Origin: Schmidtea polychroa
Taxonomy: Eukaryota
DNA length: 64,000 bases
Reading direction: 5' to 3'
NCBI GenBank assembly: GCA_044892525.1
Contig: CM097885.1
Span: 39,372,001-39,436,000, forward strand
Part shown: positions 1-13,268 of the stretch, one piece after another
Layout: every line of letters starts with the position of its first letter
Position numbering within the stretch: position 1 is the first letter of the stretch
Translations under genes and position numbers: made by a program
Notes under the pieces: model-generated
The model's database searches: none
Seen by the model: the letters and a program-made list of their open reading frames with translations, nothing else
What the model was told of the DNA's origin: nothing

Positions 1-1441
1 GCTAAAATCATATTAGCTCATGATTCAATTTGTCCAAATTGCCAAATTGCGACCAACTAACGACTTATTGGACAGATAATTATATGATGATGAAATGTTG
101 TCAAACTACTTCTGTATTTGATGATTTTGTAATATTTAGGTCTCACTATTTGAGAATCTCAACTCTACTGGTTTTTATATAAATATAAATAAAGAACACA
201 GGTCTTTATATAAATGTTTATTTAAAATTTCAAAAATTACCAAATGAGAAATCGAAATTTGCAAAAATGATCTTCTAAAATTGTAACTTTCACTGGATAA
301 TTACTAATTTATTTTCACTGCAAAATGCTAGCTAATTGTGTGGTTTTTTTATGTTGTGTAGTGCTTGTTGTGTTAATTTTAAATCAATTAAATAAGGCTT
401 CTGTAGAGAGTTTTTGTCTGGTCTGTGTTTAAATATTTACGAAGCATTAAACTTTGAAAACTCTTCTTGGAGCAAATATTTGGCGAATTAAATGATTTTC
501 TTCGCGCCTATTTATATCAACATTTTTCAATAAAAATAAAATATGATTATTTCCTGCTTATACGCACTGAATAGTAATATTAAATATTATATCTACATAT
601 TTTGTTCTTTATAGATTGCGTGCTATAATAAAGATATGTTTTTCTTAAATTATAATTATAATATAACATTAATTTTTTGAAATATAATAAATTTAATAGT
701 AATTTTTCCTTGCGTTAAAATAAGTTAATTATAACGTAGAATAAAGATTATTGTACAGATAATTAGCATAACCTGATTAAATATAAAATAGTCAATTATA
801 TACAATATAGTCTCTACAAGATAGATTGGATTTGTGGGTCTTCTTTCTTATTAGACTTATTGCCTCGCTTCTGCATATACGTTGACCATTTAACCTTTAG
901 ACTCTGTCTTATTATTATTTGTTAGGGACGAATGTGGTGATGTGCCTACTATCATCATCCAGCAATATAATCAGTACAAAGTTTTCACACTCCTACTCCG
1001 GCATTCATCTGTTTCATATATTTAAAGACTATTTCTCGCCTGATATCAGGACAGTACATGCCAAAATCTGTTAATGATTGAAGGAACTGTTTTAACTGGT
1101 ATTGTGACTTCCTTACCCAAAAGTAAAATCAGGCGAAACTGGAAGAAAGTGAATGAGCTGGTAAATCTGCATTTGAATGTAAAATAAAATTGAAATAGTT
1201 AACTTATCAAGCATCATTGGGGCTTTATAAATGTTTAAGATCCATAAAATCATCTGCAAGTGGTATATTTCTTTGAGTAAGAATATTTGAAAGTGAAAGT
1301 CGAATCAGCAAATGTAAAATTTATTAAATATATATAAACCAATAAAATTAATTAAAATTCCAATAAATTTCAAAAGATTCGCTATGAATGTATCCATATA
1401 TTAAATAAACCAACTCCTATAAAACTAACAATATAATACAA

Positions 1442-2377
1442 ATGGTTAAAAAAGTTTGGAAAAGCGTTAATGTCGATTTTACGATAAAAAGCAACAATAA
1501 CATAATTGAGAATTCGGAAATTAGCGAAAATAATACAACGATTACTGCTGAATTGAGAAAAGCTTTGCCAACAACAACACATGCCAATCGTCAACTTGAA
1601 GAAGTTAATAAACTACCAATCGATGGTCCATTTTATTTGGCATTTTCTAATCTGAATTTTGATGTTGATGAAGAGTGCATTAGAAATCTGTTTAAAGGTT
1701 TAGATTTGGTGGATATTTATTTCAATCCGAGAAAGCGAGGAACTGGCAATATAGAATTCAGAAGTTTGGACAATTTGAAATCGGCGTTGGAATTTAATGG
1801 ACAAGTTTTCGTCGGTAGAGCAATTATTTTGACATTAATCACGGACATAGACAAAGAAAAGAAATTTAACACATTTCTAGATAAGAATGGTTGTTTTCAC
1901 AAAGATGAAAAGAAATCTAAAGCAGATGAATCTGAAAATTGGAGAAGTAAGAAAGTTGTTGAAAGGAAAGAAACAAAACCAAGTGATAGCGATAATTGGA
2001 GAGTAAAGAAAAATGTTGAAATGAAAGAAACCAAGCCAAGTAATAGTAATAATTGGAGAGTAAAGAAAACTATTGAAATGAAAGAAACTAAGCCAAGTGA
2101 TAGCGATAATTGGAGAGTAAAGACAAATGTTGAAATGAAAGTATTCAAACCGAGATATAACAATAATTGGAGAGAAAAGAAAAGTGTTGAAATGAAAGAA
2201 ACAAAACCTAGTGATAGTGATAATTGGAGAATAAAGAAAGATGTTAAAGTAACAGAATCAAAAGACTGTAGCAGTGGAACACAGAGAATTACAAATATGC
2301 GTGATACCAAAACAGAAAATCTTCGAAAAAACAAAACAGCCGAAAAAGAAAATTCTTGGAGATTAGTTAAAAAATAA
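1442..2377 (+). CDS. eIF4B/eIF4H-like RRM protein with 19-aa NWR repeats, copy 1
   Basis: ALPT..KLPIDGPFYLAFSNLNFDVDEECIRNLF..RGTGNIEF..LKSALEFNGQVFVGRAI resembles the eIF4B pre-RRM and RRM segment; intronless 311 aa. Confidence 0.85.
   Translation: MVKKVWKSVNVDFTIKSNNNIIENSEISENNTTITAELRKALPTTTHANRQLEEVNKLPIDGPFYLAFSNLNFDVDEECIRNLFKGLDLVDIYFNPRKRGTGNIEFRSLDNLKSALEFNGQVFVGRAIILTLITDIDKEKKFNTFLDKNGCFHKDEKKSKADESENWRSKKVVERKETKPSDSDNWRVKKNVEMKETKPSNSNNWRVKKTIEMKETKPSDSDNWRVKTNVEMKVFKPRYNNNWREKKSVEMKETKPSDSDNWRIKKDVKVTESKDCSSGTQRITNMRDTKTENLRKNKTAEKENSWRLVKK
1916..2250 (+). repeat. Intragenic 57-bp (19-aa) tandem repeat, about 6 copies, present in every gene copy
   Basis: ETKPSDSDNWRVKKNVEMK-like units, each with the AATTGGAGA core. 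Confidence 0.9.
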
Positions 2378-5071
2378 ATTTTTCCTTTCTATATTTGTTT
2401 AATATTATGATTGTTGTTTTTTCTTTAGAGTGTTTAATATATTTATTTTTCAATGTAAAATGTTTGATATATATCTTTAATATTAAATTGTATTTTTATG
2501 ATAGTAGTTTGTTTGCAAAACTGATAATGAGAAAGTACATAAATCTCTATTTTATTTTTGTTATGATAGAACATTTTAAGGATACGTTTGAAATTATATT
2601 TATCAATAAAAATTAAAATTTCTAAGTTATTCTATTATTAAACAAAATTTATATTGTAATTAAAATCAATTTCATAATTTTAATAAAATAATAGACCTAG
2701 AAAATTTCGAAAGATAGGGAAATAGAATGTAAGTAATTATATTTATTACTCATTATTTAGTCAACTTTCATGTTATAGATAATAGTTGACATATGTTTAG
2801 ATAATTGGTTTTTATTTTTTCATTGAAAGGTCAGATTTGGTCTATGATTACCGTATGTGTGCGTGTGTAAGTAACTGAGTGATAAGGTTACTGTTACTTG
2901 ACACCCAACAAAAAACATTTATGACGTCACTACACAGGTATGCAATATTGAGTATTATATATTTTTTACAATTAACAGTCAAACATATTAGTTTTGCAAA
3001 TTGAATTCACAAGCTAGGATTGATTGAATATTAAAAATATGTTGCAGTTGAAATCAGATTATGGTGAATATTTATAGGATGACTTTTATTATAGTATTTA
3101 ATTTTATTCAAAACAATTTCTATTTTAACGCATAGATAAAATTCAAAAAACTTTGACAAATAACTATTATGTCATTGAATTAGTTTTCATAAAATATTAT
3201 TATATATGAATATTAATAGACAATCTATGTATTATTTTATGAAAGTTAATTAATAGCAGCTTAAAAATACTCAAAGACCTTTCCTAATGTTATTGAACAC
3301 CAATAAAACATCATTTATTCCATTTCAAAAATTAAATATTTTTACTCTTATTTGAAATAAACTCAATGGTAGTTTATTAAGTACGTGACATAGCATTTTA
3401 TTTATTTCATTATAAAGCTCTTTTCGTTTCTTGAAACCTTGATAATTTATCTTAATATGTTGGCTTAATTTAATAAATTTCGATCTATCTTGACTCTTAT
3501 TATCGGTAGATTTAACATTTGTCGACATCAAAATAAAGTCAAAAGAATCAAGAATCATTGAATTAAGAGAAATCTTTTTATATTTTCTTTATATGATATT
3601 ATTTTATTTGAATAAAGGAAATGCTTATAAGCTAAAATCATATTAGATCATGATTCAATTTGTCCAAATTGCCAAATTGCGACCAACTAACGACTTATTG
3701 GACAGATAATTATATGATGATGAAATGTTGTCAAACTACTTCTGTATTTGATGATTTTGTAATATTTAGGTCTCACTATTTGAGAATCTCAACTCTACTG
3801 GTTTTTATATAAATATAAATAAAGAACACAGGTCTTTATATAAATGTTTATTTAAAATTTCAAAAATTACCAAATGAGAAATCGAAATTTGCAAAAATGA
3901 TCTTCTAAAATTGTAACTTTCACTGGATAATTACTAATTTATTTTCACTGCAAAATGCTAGCTAATTGTGTGGTTTTTTTATGTTGTGAAGTGCTTGTTG
4001 TGTTAATTTTAAATCAATTAAATAAGGCTTCTGTAGAGAGTTTTTGTCTGGTCTGTGTTTAAATATTTACGAAGCATTAAACTTTGAAAACTCTTCTTGG
4101 AGCAAATATTTGGCGAATTAAATGATTCTCTTCGCGCCTATTTATATCAACATTTTTCAATAAAAATAAAATATGATTATTTCCTGCTTATACGCACTGA
4201 ATAGTAATATTAAATATTATATCTACATATTTTGTTCTTTATAGATTGCGTGCTATAATAAAGATATGTTTTTCTTAAATTATAATTATAATATAACATT
4301 AATTTTTTGAAATATAATAAATTTAATAGTAATTTTTCCTTGCGTTAAAATAAGTTAATTATAACGTAGAATAAAGATTATTGTACAGATAATTAGCATA
4401 ACCTGATTAAATATAAAATAGTCAATTATATACAATATAGTCTCTACAAGATAGATTGGATTTGTTTGTCTTCTTTCTTATTAGACTTATTGCCTCGCTT
4501 CTGCATATACGTTGACTTTTTAACCTTTAGACTCTGTCTTATTATTATTTGTTAGGGACGAATGTGGTGATGTGCCTACTATCATCATCCAGCAATATAA
4601 TCAGTACAAAGTTTTCACACTCCTACTCCGGCATTCATCTGTTTCATATATTTAAAGACTATTTCTCGCCTGATATCAGGACAGTACATGCCAAAATCTG
4701 TTAATGATTGAAGGAACTGTTTTAACTCGTATTGTGACTTCCTTACCCAAAAGTAAAATCAGGCGAAACAGGAAGAAAGTGAATGAGCTTGTAAATCTGC
4801 ATTTGAATGTAAAATAAAATTGAAATAGTTAACTTATCAAGCATCATTGGGGCTTTATAAATGTTTAAGATCCATAAAATCATCTGCAAGTGGTATATTT
4901 CTTTGAGTAAGAATATTTGAAAGTGAAAGTCGAATCAGCAAATGTAAAATTTATTAAATATATATAAACCAATAAAATTAATTAAAATTCCAATAAATTT
5001 CAAAAGATTCGCTATGAATGTATCCATATATTAAATAAACCAACTCCTATAAAACTAACAATATAATACAA

Positions 5072-6007
5072 ATGGTTAAAAAAGTTTGGAAAAGCGTTAA
5101 TGTCGATTTTACGATAAAAAGCAACAATAACATAATTGAGAATTCGGAAATTAGCGAAAATAATACAACGATTACTGCTGAATTGAGAAAAGCTTTGCCA
5201 ACAACAACACATGCCAATCGTCAACTTGAAGAAGTTAATAAACTACCAATCGATGGTCCATTTTATTTGGCATTTTCTAATCTGAATTTTGATGTTGATG
5301 AAGAGTGCATTAGAAATCTGTTTAAAGGTTTAGATTTGGTGGATATTTATTTCAATCCGAGAAAGCGAGGAACTGGCAATATAGAATTCAGAAGTTTGGA
5401 CAATTTGAAATCGGCGTTGGAATTTAATGGACAAGTTTTCGTCGGTAGAGCAATTAATTTGACATTAATCACGGACATAGACAAAGAAAAGAAATTTAAC
5501 ACATTTCTAGATAAGAATGGTTGTTTTCACAAAGATGAAAAGAAATCTAAAGCAGATGAATCTGAAAATTGGAGAAGTAAGAAAGTTGTTGAAAGGAAAG
5601 AAACAAAACCAAGTGATAGCGATAATTGGAGAGTAAAGAAAAATGTTGAAATGAAAGAAACCAAGCCAAATAATAGTAATAATTGGAGAGTAAAGAAAAC
5701 TATTGAAATGAAAGAAACTAAGCCAAGTGATAGCGATAATTGGAGAGTAAAGACAAATGTTGAAATGAAAGTATTCAAACCGAGATATAACAATAATTGG
5801 AGAGAAAAGAAAAGTGTTGAAATGAAAGAAACAAAACCTAGTGATAGTGATAATTGGAGAATAAAGAAAGATGTTAAAGTAACAGAATCAAAAGACTGTA
5901 GCAGTGGAACACAGAGAATTACAAATATGCGTGATACCAAAACAGAAAATCTTCGAGAAAACAAAACAGCCGAAAAAGAAAATTCTTGGAGATTAGTTAA
6001 AAAATAA
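5072..6007 (+). CDS. eIF4B-like RRM protein, copy 2
   Basis: Near-identical 311-aa ORF (KPNNS and LREN variants). Confidence 0.85.
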   Translation: MVKKVWKSVNVDFTIKSNNNIIENSEISENNTTITAELRKALPTTTHANRQLEEVNKLPIDGPFYLAFSNLNFDVDEECIRNLFKGLDLVDIYFNPRKRGTGNIEFRSLDNLKSALEFNGQVFVGRAINLTLITDIDKEKKFNTFLDKNGCFHKDEKKSKADESENWRSKKVVERKETKPSDSDNWRVKKNVEMKETKPNNSNNWRVKKTIEMKETKPSDSDNWRVKTNVEMKVFKPRYNNNWREKKSVEMKETKPSDSDNWRIKKDVKVTESKDCSSGTQRITNMRDTKTENLRENKTAEKENSWRLVKK

Positions 6008-8702
6008 ATTTTTCCTTTCTATATTTGTTTAATATTATGATTGTTGTTTTTTCTTTAGAGTGTTTAATATATTTATTTTTCAATGTAAAATGTTTGATAT
6101 ATATCTTTAATATTAAATTGTATTTTTATGATAGTAGTTTGTTTGCAAAACTGATAATGAGAAAGTACATAAATCTCTATTTTATTTTTGTTATGATAGA
6201 ACATTTTAAGGATACGTTTGAAATTATATTTATCAATAAAAATTAAAATTTCTAAGTTATTCTATTATTAAACAAAATTTATATTGTAATTAAAATCAAT
6301 TTCATAATTTTAATAAAATAATAGACCTAGAAAATTTCGAAAGATAGGGAAATAGAATGTAAGTAATTATATTTATTACTCATTATTTAGTCAACTTTCA
6401 TGTTATAGATAATAGTTGACATATGTTTAGATAATTGATTTTTATTTTTTTCATTGAAAGGTCAGATTTGGTCTATGATTACCGTATGTGTGCGTGTGTA
6501 AGTAACTGAGTGATAAGGTTACTGTTACTTGACACCCAACAAAAAACATTTATGACGTCACTACACAGGTATGCAATATTGAGTATTATATATTTTTTAC
6601 AATTAACAGTCAAACATATTAGTTTTGCAAATTGAATTCACAAGCTAGGATTGATTGAATATTAAAAATATGTTGCAGTTGAAATCAGATTATGGTGAAT
6701 ATTTATAGGATGACTTTTATTATAGTATTTAATTTTATTCAAAACAATTTCTATTTTAACGCATAGATAAAATTCAAAAAACTTTGACAAATAACTATTA
6801 TGTCATTGAATTAGTTTTCATAAAATATTATTATATATGAATATTAATAGACAATCTATGTATTATTTTATGAAAGTTAATTAATAGCAGCTTAAAAATA
6901 CTCAAAGACCTTTCCTAATGTTATTGAACACCAATAAAACATCATTTATTCCATTTCAAAAATTAAATATTTTTACTCTTATTTGAAATAAACTCAATGG
7001 TAGTTTATTAAGTACGTGACATAGCATTTTATTTATTTCATTATAAAGCTCTTTTCGTTTCTTGAAACCTTGATAATTTATCTTAATATGTTGGCTTAAT
7101 TTAATAAATTTCGATCTATCTTGACTCTTATTATCGGTAGATTTAACATTTGTCGACATCAAAATAAAGTCAAAAGAATCAAGAATCATTGAATTAAGAG
7201 AAATCTTTTTATATTTTCTTTATATGATATTATTTTATTTGAATAAAGGAAATGCTTATAAGCTAAAATCATATTAGATCATGATTCAATTTGTCCAAAT
7301 TGCCAAATTGCGACCAACTAACGACTTATTGGACAGATAATTATATGATGATGAAATGTTGTCAAACTACTTCTGTATTTGATGATTTTGTAATATTTAG
7401 GTCTCACTATTTGAGAATCTCAACTCTACTGGTTTTTATATAAATATAAATAAAGAACACAGGTCTTTATATAAATGTTTATTTAAAATTTCAAAAATTA
7501 CCAAATGAGAAATCGAAATTTGCAAAAATGATCTTCTAAAATTGTAACTTTCACTGGATAATTACTAATTTATTTTCACTGCAAAATGCTAGCTAATTGT
7601 GTGGTTTTTTTATGTTGTGAAGTGCTTGTTGTGTTAATTTTAAATCAATTAAATAAGGCTTCTGTAGAGAGTTTTTGTCTGGTCTGTGTTTAAATATTTA
7701 CGAAGCATTAAACTTTGAAAACTCTTCTTGGAGCAAATATTTGGCGAATTAAATGATTTTCTTCGCGCCTATTTATATCAACATTTTTCAATAAAAATAA
7801 AATATGATTATTTCCTGCTTATACGCACTGAATAGTAATATTAAATATTATATCTACATATTTTGTTCTTTATAGATTGCGTGCTATAATAAAGATATGT
7901 TTTTCTTAAATTATAATTATAATATAACATTAATTTTTTGAAATATAATAAATTTAATAGTAATTTTTCCTTGCGTTAAAATAAGTTAATTATAACGTAG
8001 AATAAAGATTATTGTACAGATAATTAGCATAACCTGATTAAATATAAAATAGTCAATTATATACAATATAGTCTCTACAAGATAGATTGGATTTGTTTGT
8101 CTTCTTTCTTATTAGACTTATTGCCTCGCTTCTGCATATACGTTGACTTTTTAACCTTTAGACTCTGTCTTATTATTATTTGTTAGGGACGAATGTGGTG
8201 ATGTGCCTACTATCATCATCCAGCAATATAATCAGTACAAAGTTTTCACACTCCTACTCCGGCATTCATCTGTTTCATATATTTAAAGACTATTTCTCGC
8301 CTGATATCAGGACAGTACATGCCAAAATCTGTTAATGATTGAAGGAACTGTTTTAACTCGTATTGTGACTTCCTTACCCAAAAGTAAAATCAGGCGAAAC
8401 AGGAAGAAAGTGAATGAGCTGGTAAATCTGCATTTGAATGTAAAATAAAATTGAAATAGTTAACTTATCAAGCATCATTGGGGCTTTATAAATGTTTAAG
8501 ATCCATAAAATCATCTGCAAGTGGTATATTTCTTTGAGTAAGAATATTTGAAAGTGAAAGTCGAATCAGCAAATGTAAAATTTATTAAATATATATAAAC
8601 CAATAAAATTAATTAAAATTCCAATAAATTTCAAAAGATTCGCTATGAATGTATCCATATATTAAATAAACCAACTCCTATAAAACTAACAATATAATAC
8701 AA

Positions 8703-9638
8703 ATGGTTAAAAAAGTTTGGAAAAGCGTTAATGTCGATTTTACGATAAAAAGCAACAATAACATAATTGAGAATTCGGAAATTAGCGAAAATAATACAAC
8801 GATTACTGCTGAATTGAGAAAAGCTTTGCCAACAACAACACATGCCAATCGTCAACTTGAAGAAGTTAATAAACTACCAATCGATGGTCCATTTTATTTG
8901 GCATTTTCTAATCTGAATTTTGATGTTGATGAAGAGTGCATTAGAAATCTGTTTAAAGGTTTAGATTTGGTGGATATTTATTTCAATCCGAGAAAGCGAG
9001 GAACTGGCAATATAGAATTCAGAAGTTTGGACAATTTGAAATCGGCGTTGGAATTTAATGGACAAGTTTTCGTCGGTAGAGCAATTAATTTGACATTAAT
9101 CACGGACATAGACAAAGAAAAGAAATTTAACACATTTCTAGATAAGAATGGTTGTTTTCACAAAGATGAAAAGAAATCTAAAGCAGATGAATCTGAAAAT
9201 TGGAGAAGTAAGAAAGTTGTTGAAAGGAAAGAAACAAAACCAAGTGATAGCGATAATTGGAGAGTAAAGAAAAATGTTGAAATGAAAGAAACCAAGCCAA
9301 GTAATAGTAATAATTGGAGAGTAAAGAAAACTATTGAAATGAAAGAAACTAAGCCAAGTGATAGCGATAATTGGAGAGTAAAGACAAATGTTGAAATGAA
9401 AGTATTCAAACCGAGATATAACAATAATTGGAGAGAAAAGAAAAGTGTTGAAATGAAAGAAACAAAACCTAGTGATAGTGATAATTGGAGAATAAAGAAA
9501 GATGTTAAAGTAACAGAATCAAAAGACTGTAGCAGTGGAACACAGAGAATTACAAATATGCGTGATACCAAAACAGAAAATCTTCGAAAAAACAAAACAG
9601 CCGAAAAAGAAAATTCTTGGAGATTAGTTAAAAAATAA
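8703..9638 (+). CDS. eIF4B-like RRM protein, copy 3
   Basis: Near-identical 311-aa ORF. Confidence 0.85.
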   Translation: MVKKVWKSVNVDFTIKSNNNIIENSEISENNTTITAELRKALPTTTHANRQLEEVNKLPIDGPFYLAFSNLNFDVDEECIRNLFKGLDLVDIYFNPRKRGTGNIEFRSLDNLKSALEFNGQVFVGRAINLTLITDIDKEKKFNTFLDKNGCFHKDEKKSKADESENWRSKKVVERKETKPSDSDNWRVKKNVEMKETKPSNSNNWRVKKTIEMKETKPSDSDNWRVKTNVEMKVFKPRYNNNWREKKSVEMKETKPSDSDNWRIKKDVKVTESKDCSSGTQRITNMRDTKTENLRKNKTAEKENSWRLVKK

Positions 9639-12332
9639 ATTTTTCCTTTCTATATTTGTTTAATATTATGATTGTTGTTTTTTCTTTAGAGTGTTTAATA
9701 TATTTATTTTTCAATGTAAAATGTTTGATATATATCTTTAATATTAAATTGTATTTTTATGATAGTAGTTTGTTTGCAAAACTGATAATGAGAAAGTACA
9801 TAAATCTCTATTTTATTTTTGTTATGATAGAACATTTTAAGGATACGTTTGAAATTATATTTATCAATAAAAATTAAAATTTCTAAGTTATTCTATTATT
9901 AAACAAAATTTATATTGTAATTAAAATCAATTTCATAATTTTAATAAAATAATAGACCTAGAAAATTTCGAAAGATAGGGAAATAGAATGTAAGTAATTA
10001 TATTTATTACTCATTATTTAGTCAACTTTCATGTTATAGATAATAGTTGACATATGTTTAGATAATTGGTTTTTATTTTTTCATTGAAAGGTCAGATTTG
10101 GTCTATGATTACCGTATGTGTGCGTGTGTAAGTAACTGAGTGATAAGGTTACTGTTACTTGACACCCAACAAAAAACATTTATGACGTCACTACACAGGT
10201 ATGCAATATTGAGTATTATATATTTTTTACAATTAACAGTCAAACATATTAGTTTTGCAAATTGAATTCACAAGCTAGGATTGATTGAATATTAAAAATA
10301 TGTTGCAGTTGAAATCAGATTATGGTGAATATTTATAGGATGACTTTTATTATAGTATTTAATTTTATTCAAAACAATTTCTTTTTTAACGCATAGATAA
10401 AATTCAAAAAACTTTGACAAATAACTATTATGTCATTGAATTAGTTTTCATAAAATATTATTATATATGAATATTAATAGACAATCTATGTATTATTTTA
10501 TGAAAGTTAATTAATAGCAGCTTAAAAATACTCAAAGACCTTTCCTAATGTTATTGAACACCAATAAAACATCATTTATTCCATTTCAAAAATTAAATAT
10601 TTTTACTCTTATTTGAAATAAACTCAATGGTAGTTTATTAAGTACGTGACATAGCATTTTATTTATTTCATTATAAAGCTCTTTTCGTTTCTTGAAACCT
10701 TGATAATTTATCTTAATATGTTGGCTTAATTTAATAAATTTCGATCTATCTTGACTCTTATTATCGGTAGATTTAACATTTGTCGACATCAAAATAAAGT
10801 CAAAAGAATCAAGAATCATTGAATTAAGAGAAATCTTTTTATATTTTCTTTATATGATATTATTTTATTTGAATAAAGGAAATGCTTATAAGCTAAAATC
10901 ATATTAGATCATGATTCAATTTGTCCAAATTGCCAAATTGCGACCAACTAACGACTTATTGGACAGATAATTATATGATGATGAAATGTTGTCAAACTAC
11001 TTCTGTATTTGATGATTTTGTAATATTTAGGTCTCACTATTTGAGAATCTCAACTCTACTGGTTTTTATATAAATATAAATAAAGAACACAGGTCTTTAT
11101 ATAAATGTTTATTTAAAATTTCAAAAATTACCAAATGAGAAATCGAAATTTGCAAAAATGATCTTCTAAAATTGTAACTTTCACTGGATAATTACTAATT
11201 TATTTTCACTGCAAAATGCTAGCTAATTGTGTGGTTTTTTTATGTTGTGTAGTGCTTGTTGTGTTAATTTTAAATCAATTAAATAAGGCTTCTGTAGAGA
11301 GTTTTTGTCTGGTCTGTGTTTAAATATTTACGAAGCATTAAACTTTGAAAACTCTTCTTGGAGCAAATATTTGGCGAATTAAATGATTTTCTTCGCGCCT
11401 ATTTATATCAACATTTTTCAATAAAAATAAAATATGATTATTTCCTGCTTATACGCACTGAATAGTAATATTAAATATTATATCTACATATTTTGTTCTT
11501 TATAGATTGCGTGCTATAATAAAGATATGTTTTTCTTAAATTATAATTATAATATAACATTAATTTTTTGAAATATAATAAATTTAATAGTAATTTTTCC
11601 TTGCGTTAAAATAAGTTAATTATAACGTAGAATAAAGATTATTGTACAGATAATTAGCATAACCTGATTAAATATAAAATAGTCAATTATATACAATATA
11701 GTCTCTACAAGATAGATTGGATTTGTGGGTCTTCTTTCTTATTAGACTTATTGCCTCGCTTCTGCATATACGTTGACCATTTAACCTTTAGACTCTGTCT
11801 TATTATTATTTGTTAGGGACGAATGTGGTGATGTGCCTACTATCATCATCCAGCAATATAATCAGTACAAAGTTTTCACACTCCTACTCCGGCATTCATC
11901 TGTTTCATATATTTAAAGACTATTTCTCGCCTGATATCAGGACAGTACATGCCAAAATCTGTTAATGATTGAAGGAACTGTTTTAACTGGTATTGTGACT
12001 TCCTTACCCAAAAGTAAAATCAGGCGAAACTGGAAGAAAGTGAATGAGCTGGTAAATCTGCATTTGAATGTAAAATAAAATTGAAATAGTTAACTTATCA
12101 AGCATCATTGGGGCTTTATAAATGTTTAAGATCCATAAAATCATCTGCAAGTGGTATATTTCTTTGAGTAAGAATATTTGAAAGTGAAAGTCGAATCAGC
12201 AAATGTAAAATTTATTAAATATATATAAACCAATAAAATTAATTAAAATTCCAATAAATTTCAAAAGATTCGCTATGAATGTATCCATATATTAAATAAA
12301 CCAACTCCTATAAAACTAACAATATAATACAA

Positions 12333-13268
12333 ATGGTTAAAAAAGTTTGGAAAAGCGTTAATGTCGATTTTACGATAAAAAGCAACAATAACATAATTGA
12401 GAATTCGGAAATTAGCGAAAATAATACAACGATTACTGCTGAATTGAGAAAAGCTTTGCCAACAACAACACATGCCAATCGTCAACTTGAAGAAGTTAAT
12501 AAACTACCAATCGATGGTCCATTTTATTTGGCATTTTCTAATCTGAATTTTGATGTTGATGAAGAGTGCATTAGAAATCTGTTTAAAGGTTTAGATTTGG
12601 TGGATATTTATTTCAATCCGAGAAAGCGAGGAACTGGCAATATAGAATTCAGAAGTTTGGACAATTTGAAATCGGCGTTGGAATTTAATGGACAAGTTTT
12701 CGTCGGTAGAGCAATTAATTTGACATTAATCACGGACATAGACAAAGAAAAGAAATTTAACACATTTCTAGATAAGAATGGTTGTTTTCACAAAGATGAA
12801 AAGAAATCTAAAGCAGATGAATCTGAAAATTGGAGAAGTAAGAAAGTTGTTGAAAGGAAAGAAACAAAACCAAGTGATAGCGATAATTGGAGAGTAAAGA
12901 AAAATGTTGAAATGAAAGAAACCAAGCCAAGTAATAGTAATAATTGGAGAGTAAAGAAAACTATTGAAATGAAAGAAACTAAGCCAAGTGATAGCGATAA
13001 TTGGAGAGTAAAGACAAATGTTGAAATGAAAGTATTCAAACCGAGATATAACAATAATTGGAGAGAAAAGAAAAGTGTTGAAATGAAAGAAACAAAACCT
13101 AGTGATAGTGATAATTGGAGAATAAAGAAAGATGTTAAAGTAACAGAATCAAAAGACTGTAGCAGTGGAACACAGAGAATTACAAATATGCGTGATACCA
13201 AAACAGAAAATCTTCGAAAAAACAAAACAGCCGAAAAAGAAAATTCTTGGAGATTAGTTAAAAAATAA
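12333..13268 (+). CDS. eIF4B-like RRM protein, copy 4
   Basis: Near-identical 311-aa ORF. Confidence 0.85.
   Translation: MVKKVWKSVNVDFTIKSNNNIIENSEISENNTTITAELRKALPTTTHANRQLEEVNKLPIDGPFYLAFSNLNFDVDEECIRNLFKGLDLVDIYFNPRKRGTGNIEFRSLDNLKSALEFNGQVFVGRAINLTLITDIDKEKKFNTFLDKNGCFHKDEKKSKADESENWRSKKVVERKETKPSDSDNWRVKKNVEMKETKPSNSNNWRVKKTIEMKETKPSDSDNWRVKTNVEMKVFKPRYNNNWREKKSVEMKETKPSDSDNWRIKKDVKVTESKDCSSGTQRITNMRDTKTENLRKNKTAEKENSWRLVKK

Noticed and set aside
1897..2334. 145-aa hydrophobic minus-strand ORF in every unit
   Set aside because: Antisense shadow of the purine-rich NWR repeat region.
1382..3558. 70-, 73- and 77-aa small ORFs repeated in each unit
   Set aside because: AT-rich chance ORFs with no motifs; conservation merely reflects recent duplication.
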